DNA of 32,000 nucleotides. Origin: Candidatus Methylomirabilis oxygeniifera. Its GTDB lineage: Bacteria; Methylomirabilota; Methylomirabilia; Methylomirabilales; Methylomirabilaceae. Both the position numbers and the translations under genes were made by a program. Within the stretch, counting starts at the first letter, position 1. Every line of letters starts with the position of its first letter. Of this stretch, positions 15,833 through 23,873 are shown piece after piece. The stretch is from positions 2,640,001 through 2,672,000 of the forward strand of contig FP565575.1 of the NCBI GenBank assembly GCA_000091165.1, given 5' to 3'. The notes under the pieces were generated by a model. It made no database searches. It had not been told where the DNA came from and saw only the letters and a list, made by a program, of their open reading frames with translations.

Positions 15833-16633
15833 TTATGAATTGTTGCTCCCGGCCACCGTCTGAGCCAACTCCCAATCACTGATCGTATCCACGTCCAGCG
15901 CAGCCTCAGGAAATGGGAGCATGATGACGTCGATCGAAAGGTTGAGGCGCCGCGAGAGCCCGGCGAGGGCCTGAGGAAGCGACAACCATCCGAAGACAAA
16001 CCTCAAGACCGACGTCCAGCCCAGCATCGAAATGAGTCGGACCGGTTTCTTGCGCAGGCCTTCGACCCGGCTCCAGAACTGTATCAGCGAACGGCCTCGT
16101 GCGGTCAACACCGCATACAGGTTACATCCGCAGACCCCACCGTCCTGGAACTTGAGTACGGTACGCCGCATCGTCGGGTAAGCGGTCGCGACCAGATCGT
16201 GTGCGGCCAATCCGACTACGACATCGGCATTGCCGGCCCGCGCCGCCGAACAAAAGTAGTCGATGACCCGGGCGTTGAGGAGGGCATGGTCCGCCGTCAC
16301 CAGCAGAACCGGATGGTCCTGGGGTAACGACTGCATGACGGTGTATGCGCTGACGCTGGGCGTCGCATACGCCTCGTGCCATGCGACCGCCTCGGACACG
16401 ACCAGACCGCGAAGCTCGTTGTTCATCTCCACTGCCTGCCACTGAGGCCCGCACAGGATACGATCTCCGATCGCTTGCGCCTCAGCCAGGGCGCCCAGTA
16501 CGCGGAGGACCATGGGGACGCCTCCAACAGGAACCAGCGCCTTGCACTGGACTCCCGCTGCGCGAGCCACCGGGTCGTCAGGCGCACGGTCCCCGGCAAG
16601 CACAATCGCGGTAAACGGCTGACTATGACTCAT
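15833..16633 (-). CDS. MobA-like (NTP_transf_3) nucleotidyltransferase
   Basis: 266 aa. The N-terminus AIVLAGDRAPDDPVARAAGVQCKALVPVGGVPMV and the mid-protein LLVTADHALL resemble the GT-A fold MobA-like NTP transferase family. Its ATG overlaps the upstream gene's stop as ATGA. Confidence 0.65.
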   Translation of the reverse strand: MSHSQPFTAIVLAGDRAPDDPVARAAGVQCKALVPVGGVPMVLRVLGALAEAQAIGDRILCGPQWQAVEMNNELRGLVVSEAVAWHEAYATPSVSAYTVMQSLPQDHPVLLVTADHALLNARVIDYFCSAARAGNADVVVGLAAHDLVATAYPTMRRTVLKFQDGGVCGCNLYAVLTARGRSLIQFWSRVEGLRKKPVRLISMLGWTSVLRFVFGWLSLPQALAGLSRRLNLSIDVIMLPFPEAALDVDTISDWELAQTVAGSNNS

Positions 16634-17832
16634 TGCAATGCCTTTTCATAGATCCGGTAGCGCTTATACGGTACCCCCCCTATGGTGACCAGCATATTTC
16701 GCATCGGCATGTTGTCCTCCAGGATCCAGGACAGCTCAACCTCTCGGACTCCGCGCCTGATTTCATATTCGCGCACCGCATCGATGAGCATGAAGGCCAG
16801 CGCCGCCCCCATCGCGCCTCCTTGAAAAGACTTACGTACGCCCATTAGAGCGACGCGGGCCGTAGTCGGACGCCGAACCTTGAGCCGCCACAAGAGCTTG
16901 AGCCAGCCGAACGGCAACAAACGTCCATCAAGATCGCGTATCGCTTCATTGAGATTCGGAAAGGCCACGATCATGCCGACGGGCGCCCCGTCGATTTCCG
17001 CAATTTGTACGCACTCATCCTCAACTAATAGTCGCAAGCTGTTCCCCAGATCCTGGAACTCCTCCTCCGTGAAGGGAATGAAGCCCCAGTTTTCAGACCA
17101 CGCGTCCTCGTAGATCTCTTTAAGAATGCGGAGTTCTTCTTTCATTGATGATCTGCGCAACGGCCTGATTCGGACATAGCCGGCAGCTTTCTTCACAACG
17201 GTCCGCATGAGCGCAGGGGGCGTAAAATCGGCAGCCACACGGTAGGCCAGCAGGTCTTTCGAGCCCTGGTATCCCTCGGCGATGATCCGATCGGCATAAT
17301 AGGGGCGGGCATGACCCATCATAATCATGGGCGGCGTCTCGTACCCCTCCACGAGCAACCCGCACTCCTGGTTGATTGAGAGGTTGAATGGACCTCGGAT
17401 GCGTAACATCCCATGGTCGCGCAGCCATGTTTCCGCCGTACTCAACAAGGCGTGAAACGTTTCCGCGTCGTCCTCAGCTTCAAGCAGACCGAAAAAACCG
17501 GTGGCATCCCGATACTGCGCCTCATGCAGCGCGTCAATTTGGGCGCTGATTCGACCGATCGGCTTGGTCCCGCGGTAGGCGAGCCAGAAACAGGAGCGCG
17601 CGTGCGCGAAGTAGGGGTTACGCGGAGAGAACTGCTCCCGACGCTCGATCAGCAAGGGGGGAATCCACGCGGGATCGTCGGCATAGACCGACCACGGGAG
17701 ACGAATAAATCGGTGAAGATCCCGCGATCTGTTTATCGGTACAATGCGTACGGATTCACGAGTGGCTTGTATGGCAGGGGGTGTATCTCCAGGCAGGGTT
17801 GTGGAGTTCCGATCGGCCACTACGCCACCCAT
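16630..17832 (-). CDS. Large GNAT-like N-acyltransferase (candidate bacterial ceramide synthase)
   Basis: 400 aa from ATG 17832. The conserved-looking body starts at VRIVPINRSRDLHRFIRLPWSVY. The C-terminal acyl-CoA N-acyltransferase-like core is ..APVGMIVAFPN...VALMGVRKSFQGGAMGAALAF...ELSWILEDNMPMRN. The function call is an inference from context. Confidence 0.7.
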   Translation of the reverse strand: MGGVVADRNSTTLPGDTPPAIQATRESVRIVPINRSRDLHRFIRLPWSVYADDPAWIPPLLIERREQFSPRNPYFAHARSCFWLAYRGTKPIGRISAQIDALHEAQYRDATGFFGLLEAEDDAETFHALLSTAETWLRDHGMLRIRGPFNLSINQECGLLVEGYETPPMIMMGHARPYYADRIIAEGYQGSKDLLAYRVAADFTPPALMRTVVKKAAGYVRIRPLRRSSMKEELRILKEIYEDAWSENWGFIPFTEEEFQDLGNSLRLLVEDECVQIAEIDGAPVGMIVAFPNLNEAIRDLDGRLLPFGWLKLLWRLKVRRPTTARVALMGVRKSFQGGAMGAALAFMLIDAVREYEIRRGVREVELSWILEDNMPMRNMLVTIGGVPYKRYRIYEKALQ

Positions 17833-17888
17833 GCGGGAATCGATCTGCTCGCTTTTAACAAATCGTACAGTCCCCTTTCGTTTTTTTG

Positions 17889-17917
17889 TTGCACAAAACC
17901 GCTCAGTTTTGTATATA
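17889..17917 (+). promoter_or_regulatory. Weak sigma70-like promoter candidate (TTGCAC-17-TATATA) in the divergent intergenic region
   Basis: TTGCAC at 17889-17894 and TATATA at 17912-17917 (TATAAT at 17914-17919). The AT-rich core could act as a -10 element in either orientation. Firing rightward, it would leave a ~400-nt leader before ATG 18320. Confidence 0.25.
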
Positions 17918-18319
17918 ATACGCGCTGGCCTTTGGCAGTGACGGCGGTAGACCGGGCAGCTACCTGAGATGGACACTATTATGCACGTTTAGCCATGGCG
18001 TTCAACACATTAAATTGGTTTTATGAGACGGTATGTCTGCCATCCTCGTGCGCGTAGTGAGTGCAGACGAGTATCGCAACGGCGATGTACTGTTGTACAC
18101 CTCAATACGTCAGCTCCCTCAGAAAGGCGTGCGGCGCTGGCGATCTGCCGCCGGTCGTTTTATGCGGGCCGCTCAGCAGGTGGGCTTACCGCCTGCAGTC
18201 GTTACGAAGAGATTGAGCCTGTTCGGTTCCTCTTTAGCCAGTACGTAACAGACCTTTCCGGCGCTGAGAGGTTGGGTTATCAGTCAACTTCGTTTTGTGT
18301 ATAGGGGGGTGTAGGGGGA

Positions 18320-20146
18320 ATGATAACAGAACCAACGCCGACTGAGAATACCCTGCCGCTTCGAGTCACCGGCTTCTCCACGCTGGCCGAAGCGCTGGAT
18401 TATGCAGCCGGGGGGGGGACCGGATTCAATTTTTATGGGGACCGCGGTGAGCTGTACGCCGTCCTGCCGTATGCCGATCTTCGAGAGCAGGCGCGATTAC
18501 TGGCGCGTCGCCTTATGGGGCTGCGCCTCGAACGGGGCGCGCACGTGGCCATCGTCGCGGATACCGGTCCGGATTTTCAGCGCTTCTTCTTCGCGTGTCA
18601 GTATGCCGGCCTGGTGCCTGTTCCTCTGTCGGCATCGCTCCTCATAAGCGGTCGCAAGCGATACGTCACCCAACTTCGGGCGCTTCTGGCAAACTGTCGT
18701 CCGTCCATCGCGATGGCTCCACCTGAATTTTTCCCATTCCTCAGCGAGGCCGCCGATGGCCTCGAGCTGGTCCACGTCGGTACGGCAGACGCGTTTGACA
18801 GCCTGCCCGAATCCTCAGAGGAGTTGGAGCCGTTACGTTCCGAGGAGATGGCCTATCTTCAATATACCTCAGGGAGCACACGGTTTCCCCGCGGGGTCAT
18901 GATTACCCAGAGCGCGGTCCTTGCCAATCTGGAGGGGATCCTTCAACAGGGTCTTCAGATTCGCTCGGGAGATCGCGCGGTATCCTGGCTGCCTTTTTAT
19001 CACGATATGGGGCTTGTGGGATTTGTGCTCGCGCCGATGGTGGGCCAGGTATCCGTCGATTATCTGAAAACGCAATCGTTTGCCATGCGACCCCGGTTGT
19101 GGCTGGCCCTGATGACACAGGCGAAGGCCACGATCTCTTTCAGCCCTTCCTTTGGATATGAGATGTGCGTGAGGCGCCTCAGGCATGATGAGGCCGGCAG
19201 ATTTGACCTTAGCGCATGGCGCGCTGCAGGGGTAGGCGCTGAAACCATTCGGCCCGGCGTCTTAAAGGATTTTGCAGATGTGCTGGCGCCGAGCGGATTC
19301 AAGCCCAGCGCATTTCTGGCCTGCTATGGCATGGCGGAGGCCTCCCTTGCTGTGACGTTTGCGCCGATAGATACTGGTGTTGCCGTTGATCGGGTAGACC
19401 GAACCCTGTTGGCCAAGTATGGAGTGGCCTCCCCCCTGCACGAGTGTGAGATCGGGTCGGACTCGGATAAAACGAGCATAAGCCAATTTGTCAACTGCGG
19501 CGTTCCACTGTCCGGAATTGACGTTGAGATACGAGACGAACAGGGCCATGTTCTGCCTGACCGTCACGCAGGCATCATTTTCGTACGAGGCGCCAACATG
19601 ACCTCCGGTTACTTCGGCGATCCCGAGAAAACTCGAAAGGTCTTGTCTTCGGACGGATGGCTCGATACGGGAGACCTCGGATATCTTGTAGACGGCAGTC
19701 TCGTCATCATCGGCCGAAAGAAAGATGTCATTATCGTGCATGGACGGAATATCTGGCCTCAGGATCTGGAGCATCTTGCCGAGGAGTTACCGGAGGTCAG
19801 GCCTGGCGACGCATGCGCATTCTCGGTGGAGACCCCGGACCGGACCGAGATGGCGGTGATGGTCGTTCACTGCCGTGAGCTGGATACCGTCAAGCAGGCC
19901 GATTTTATCCGCCGGCTGCAAGGGCTTATCCGTGAGTATTTTGCGCTCGACTGTTTTGTTGAGCTTGTTCCTCCTCGTACCCTGCCGCGCACGTCCTCCG
20001 GGAAGCTCTCCCGTTCGAAGACCCGGGAAGAGTTCTTGGGTCGCAATGACGCGGCCCGACTCTTTCACGGCCGAAACGGATCCGGTCACATCAGTCTTCC
20101 GCAGCCCGGTCGGCAAGCGGACTCATGCGCGGCGTCATCGCGCTGA
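18320..20146 (+). CDS. Fatty acyl-AMP ligase / acyl-ACP synthetase (FAAL-like adenylate-forming enzyme)
   Basis: 608 aa with the AMP-binding core YLQYTSGSTRFPRGVMIT. It also has FAAL-like features (YGMAE, DTGDLGY, GRKKD, SSGKLSRS). Confidence 0.9.
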   Translation: MITEPTPTENTLPLRVTGFSTLAEALDYAAGGGTGFNFYGDRGELYAVLPYADLREQARLLARRLMGLRLERGAHVAIVADTGPDFQRFFFACQYAGLVPVPLSASLLISGRKRYVTQLRALLANCRPSIAMAPPEFFPFLSEAADGLELVHVGTADAFDSLPESSEELEPLRSEEMAYLQYTSGSTRFPRGVMITQSAVLANLEGILQQGLQIRSGDRAVSWLPFYHDMGLVGFVLAPMVGQVSVDYLKTQSFAMRPRLWLALMTQAKATISFSPSFGYEMCVRRLRHDEAGRFDLSAWRAAGVGAETIRPGVLKDFADVLAPSGFKPSAFLACYGMAEASLAVTFAPIDTGVAVDRVDRTLLAKYGVASPLHECEIGSDSDKTSISQFVNCGVPLSGIDVEIRDEQGHVLPDRHAGIIFVRGANMTSGYFGDPEKTRKVLSSDGWLDTGDLGYLVDGSLVIIGRKKDVIIVHGRNIWPQDLEHLAEELPEVRPGDACAFSVETPDRTEMAVMVVHCRELDTVKQADFIRRLQGLIREYFALDCFVELVPPRTLPRTSSGKLSRSKTREEFLGRNDAARLFHGRNGSGHISLPQPGRQADSCAASSR

Positions 20147-21078
20147 CGGGAGCGACCGGATTTATTGGAAGCGCCCTGGCTCGAAGGCTGACAAAGGAAG
20201 GATGGCAGGTACGCGCGCTACACCGTTCACCAACCCCGCCGGCATACCTGACGGGCATCTCGCTGGAGTGGGTACGGGGGACGCTCGATGATCGCGATAG
20301 CCTTGAAGGCCTGGTGGGCGACGCGGATGTTGTGATCCATTGCGCCGGGGCCCTGCGCGGTATTACCGAGACAGACTTTTACCCGGTCAATGTTGAGGCA
20401 GTCTCACGGCTGGCCTCTATCGCTGCGAGCCGCAGTCCTGCCCCCCGATTTCTCCTGATCTCATCCCTGGCAGCTCGAGAGCCCGGATTATCACCCTACG
20501 CGGCCAGCAAGCGGATGGGGGAGATCGCCCTGTCGAAAGCGGGTGACCGGCTGCTGTGGACCGCGCTTCGCCCTCCAGCGGTCTATGGTCCAGGTGACCG
20601 CGCATTGCTTCCCTTGCTTCGCCTGATGTGGCATGGGATTGCCCCCATACCTGGGCGCCAAGACGCCAGATTCTCCTTACTCTACGTGGAAGATCTGGCG
20701 GAAGCCGCGGTGAAATGGCTCGCCGGCGACGTCCCGGAGAGATGTGCATTTGAGTTGGATGATGGACATCCTCAGGGATATACGTGGCGCGAGGTGACGG
20801 AGACCTTCGAACGGCTCAGGGGAAGATGGGTGGTTCGTATTCACGTTCCCGAACTGATGTTGAAACTGACTGCCGGGCTTAACAAGATGGCGGCTTCCGT
20901 GATAGGATATTCCCCGATGTTGACCCCCGGCAAAGTACGGGAGTTCAGGCACCCGAACTGGATCTGCGATAACGCTCCGTTTCGCCGGGTCGTCGACTGG
21001 ACGCCGACGGTGGAGCTGGAAGAGGGGCTGCGGCTGACGCTTGGCCTCCAGGGTGGTAAACTGACAACTAGAAACTGA
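20125..21078 (+). CDS. NAD(P)-dependent epimerase/dehydratase-family (extended SDR) reductase, candidate ceramide reductase CerR
   Basis: 317 aa with the Rossmann motif LTGATGFIGSALARRL and the catalytic Y...K in YAASKRMGE. It overlaps the ligase gene by 22 nt. Confidence 0.8.
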   Translation: MRGVIALTGATGFIGSALARRLTKEGWQVRALHRSPTPPAYLTGISLEWVRGTLDDRDSLEGLVGDADVVIHCAGALRGITETDFYPVNVEAVSRLASIAASRSPAPRFLLISSLAAREPGLSPYAASKRMGEIALSKAGDRLLWTALRPPAVYGPGDRALLPLLRLMWHGIAPIPGRQDARFSLLYVEDLAEAAVKWLAGDVPERCAFELDDGHPQGYTWREVTETFERLRGRWVVRIHVPELMLKLTAGLNKMAASVIGYSPMLTPGKVREFRHPNWICDNAPFRRVVDWTPTVELEEGLRLTLGLQGGKLTTRN

Positions 21079-21111
21079 AAACTCAACACTTCATAGCTTC
21101 ATAGTGAACAG

Positions 21112-21360
21112 ATGACCCACTACGAAACGATACTTCCACAGCTCTATGAGATCTTGAAGCCGTTCACGCAGGAAGGCCAGGCTCTATCCGATGAGACGGA
21201 GCTCGTAGCCGATCTCGACCTCGATTCGATGAAGGTCATGGAGATCCTGCTTGAGGTGGAGGAGCGGTTCGACATCTCAATCCCCTTAAATGTCATCCCG
21301 GACGTCCGAACCATTAGAGATTTTGCCCGCCAGATCGAGCAATTGACGGAGCGGAGGTGA
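21112..21360 (+). CDS. Acyl carrier protein
   Basis: 82 aa and acidic. The phosphopantetheine attachment motif is DLDLDSMKVMEIL. Confidence 0.9.
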   Translation: MTHYETILPQLYEILKPFTQEGQALSDETELVADLDLDSMKVMEILLEVEERFDISIPLNVIPDVRTIRDFARQIEQLTERR

Positions 21361-22547
21361 CAGTGCTTCTGGAGAAGTTCCGACCACTCGCCGACGCCCG
21401 TGAGGCGTTGACACAATTAAGCCAAGATCCCTTTCGGGTGACGATTGAACGAATTCTGTCGCCGACGGAGGCCCTCGTCAATAGTCGTCCAATGATTCTG
21501 GCCGGAACGAACAACTACCTCGGTTTGACGTTCGATCCTGAGTGCATAGAAGCAGCAGTGCAAGCGGTGCGGGAACAAGGAACAGGTACGACAGGATCCA
21601 GAATGGCAAACGGCAGCTTCAGCGGACATCTTGCATTGGAGAAAGAGTTGGCAGAATTTTTTGGGCGCCGGTGGTGTGACGTATTCTCAACCGGCTATCT
21701 GGCCAACTTGGGCGTGATAGCGGCGCTCACCGGGCCTGGCGACGTGATCCTGATCGATGCCGATTGCCATGCGAGTATTTACGATGGATGCCGGATGAGC
21801 GGGGCGGAGATTATTCGATTTCGTCACAACGACGTTGCCGACCTCTATAAGCGCCTCGCGCGTTTGAAGGAGCGAAGCACGAACACGCTGATCATTGTGG
21901 AGGGTCTCTACAGCATGCTCGGCGATCGGGCGGCGCTGGCGGAGATTGCGGCCGCAAAACGCGAGTTCGGCGCGTATCTGCTGGTCGACGAGGCCCATTC
22001 GCTTGGCGTTTTGGGGGAGCGGGGCCGTGGGCTGGCCGAGGAGGCCGGCGTCGAAGACAGCATCGACTTTATCGTCGGAACGTTCAGTAAGAGCCTGGGC
22101 GCGACCGGCGGGTTCTGCGTCTCGGATCATCCTGAGATTGACCTGGTCAGATATGTCAGCCGTCCGTACATCTTCACCGCGTCGCCTTGTCCATCAGTTA
22201 TCGCCTCCACAAGAGTCGCCTTGCACAAGCTTCGGACTCATCCGGAGCTGCGCGTGCGACTCTGGAACAATGCGCGGCAGTTGTATGACTCGTTGAAAGG
22301 ATTGGGATTCAGGCTGGGCCCGGACCCCAGTCCGATTATTGCGGCCCGATTCAGCCAGAAAGACGAGACGATCGCTTTCTGGAACGGTCTCCTCGATCAA
22401 GGCATCTACGTCAACATGATATTGCCGCCGGCCGCTCCCGACGGTGGAAGCCTGCTCCGATGTAGCGTGAGCGCGGCGCATACACCGGATCAGATGGACC
22501 GCATTTGCCAAGCCTTTGCGTCCGTCAAGGCGGCTCTCCCCTCTTAA
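21357..22547 (+). CDS. spt: Alpha-oxoamine synthase, serine palmitoyltransferase-like (PLP-dependent)
   Basis: 396 aa. Its GTG start overlaps the ACP stop (GTGA). It has NNYLGL, the PLP-lysine motif GTFSKSLGATGG, and VDEAHSLGVLG. The Spt versus BioF/Kbl assignment rests on context. Confidence 0.8.
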   Translation: MTVLLEKFRPLADAREALTQLSQDPFRVTIERILSPTEALVNSRPMILAGTNNYLGLTFDPECIEAAVQAVREQGTGTTGSRMANGSFSGHLALEKELAEFFGRRWCDVFSTGYLANLGVIAALTGPGDVILIDADCHASIYDGCRMSGAEIIRFRHNDVADLYKRLARLKERSTNTLIIVEGLYSMLGDRAALAEIAAAKREFGAYLLVDEAHSLGVLGERGRGLAEEAGVEDSIDFIVGTFSKSLGATGGFCVSDHPEIDLVRYVSRPYIFTASPCPSVIASTRVALHKLRTHPELRVRLWNNARQLYDSLKGLGFRLGPDPSPIIAARFSQKDETIAFWNGLLDQGIYVNMILPPAAPDGGSLLRCSVSAAHTPDQMDRICQAFASVKAALPS

Positions 22548-22641
22548 TCTCGCCAATTGATGCGATTGTCGATGTTCTCGTCGGCGTGTTACGATGAAAT
22601 AAAATTCATAGCCCGCCGCGGGTGTTTCGGGGCTGATTGAC

Positions 22642-23583
22642 ATGTACTGGTGGACACCTCTGCGCACACGCTCCGCGTTCAAGCGGTTGGTCCGCGAGCT
22701 GGATCCGGACATCGCCCTCACCCTTGTCGACGTTGGCTCGGCCGGTGGACTGAAGGATCGGTGGCGGCTTCTGGAAGGGCGGTTGCACAGCTATTGCTTC
22801 GATCCGCGCGAGGATGCTTTGCCCAGAGAGGAGTCTGATAGGACTGTGCTGCCATTCGCGGTGGGTCGCACGCAGGGTACCGCGGATTTCTACCGTACCC
22901 ACTTCGGAAACATGAGCTCCATGCTTCGACCCAATGCGGATACCCTGTACAGATTTTACAATCGCGAGTTTAAGTTCGAGGTAGTATCCGTCGAGAAACT
23001 GATGATTCAGCCTCTCGATAACGTTATTCCAGGGTCCGAGATCGATGCCCTGAAAATAGATGCGCAAGGCGGCGAACTGGAGATTCTTCTTGGAGCGCAG
23101 AGGCTGCTGGACTCCGGTCTGTTGCTGGCTGAAGTTGAGGTGTCCTTCATCGAGCGCTATATGGCCCAGCCGCTGTTCGGAGATGTTGCGGCCTTCATGC
23201 GCTCACACGGCTTCGACCTTCTCGATCTCTATCGGTTGCGGCACTACTACCGCACCAACCGCCGCGGCCTGCGAAAGCATCAGATGATTCCCGATTCGCA
23301 GTCCGGCCAACTCTCGCATGCCGACGCCATCTTCTTTCTGAGCGACGAGGCATTTCTGTCATGGCTCGATCGACTGGCTGTCGTCGGCAAGTCGAGTTTT
23401 TTGGTGAAGGCGATTCTTCTGCTGTTGATCTACGGGAAGTTCGATCGGGCGCTGCAGCTTTTTGAGGAGCACCAGACCTTGTTGTCTGAATCGTCGCGGA
23501 GGTCGCTTGCGCTTTTTTTCGACCAGCTTCCGCTGTCCGATCGCCGCTCCGCCACATCGCGAAACAAGGGGTTTCACGGGTAA
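22642..23583 (+). CDS. FkbM-family methyltransferase
   Basis: 313 aa with VDVGSAGG (AdoMet motif I) and IDALKIDAQGGELEILLGA, both typical of Methyltransf_21/FkbM. Confidence 0.8.
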   Translation: MYWWTPLRTRSAFKRLVRELDPDIALTLVDVGSAGGLKDRWRLLEGRLHSYCFDPREDALPREESDRTVLPFAVGRTQGTADFYRTHFGNMSSMLRPNADTLYRFYNREFKFEVVSVEKLMIQPLDNVIPGSEIDALKIDAQGGELEILLGAQRLLDSGLLLAEVEVSFIERYMAQPLFGDVAAFMRSHGFDLLDLYRLRHYYRTNRRGLRKHQMIPDSQSGQLSHADAIFFLSDEAFLSWLDRLAVVGKSSFLVKAILLLLIYGKFDRALQLFEEHQTLLSESSRRSLALFFDQLPLSDRRSATSRNKGFHG

Positions 23584-23873
23584 GTGACAGATGCAGAAAG
23601 CGCAGCGTGGTCGAGAAACCGGCCAGCCCAGGCCGTAAGTTATTATTCTTTGATGAGCACAAGCTCGCAACTCTGCTCGCGAATGCCGGCGCTGGAGCAT
23701 AATCATTCCCGCAGTGTAGGCTCCCATCGCGTAAAATCGGCCTAGGTTCGGAAGAGCTACCCGCAGTGACGATACCACGGAGGCAGCATAGCAGCATCGT
23801 AACAATGTTGCAGCAACGTTGGCCCCGGAGGCCTTGCGTTTAGCCGCGTCAGTTCAGACAGGTGTGTGTTGCT

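Noticed and set aside
15082-15999. 305-aa minus-strand ORF spanning the LicC-like gene and the end of the MobA-like gene
   Set aside because: It is antisense to a CDS with clear family motifs and crosses a convergent gene junction. Its composition is R/S/P/G-rich and low-complexity, as expected for stop-free antisense frames in 60% GC DNA.
17833-17976. 48-codon upstream extension of the GNAT-like ORF
   Set aside because: The sequence (..CPVYRRHCQRPARIIYKTERFCATKKRKG..) is basic, Cys-rich and runs through an A/T homopolymer tract. The conserved-looking body begins after ATG 17832.
23195-23805. 200-aa and 148-aa minus-strand ORFs covering the FkbM 3' end and the 290-nt gap
   Set aside because: They are largely antisense to the FkbM CDS, R/S/A-rich and without motifs. 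The gap more likely holds the promoter of the ABC exporter.
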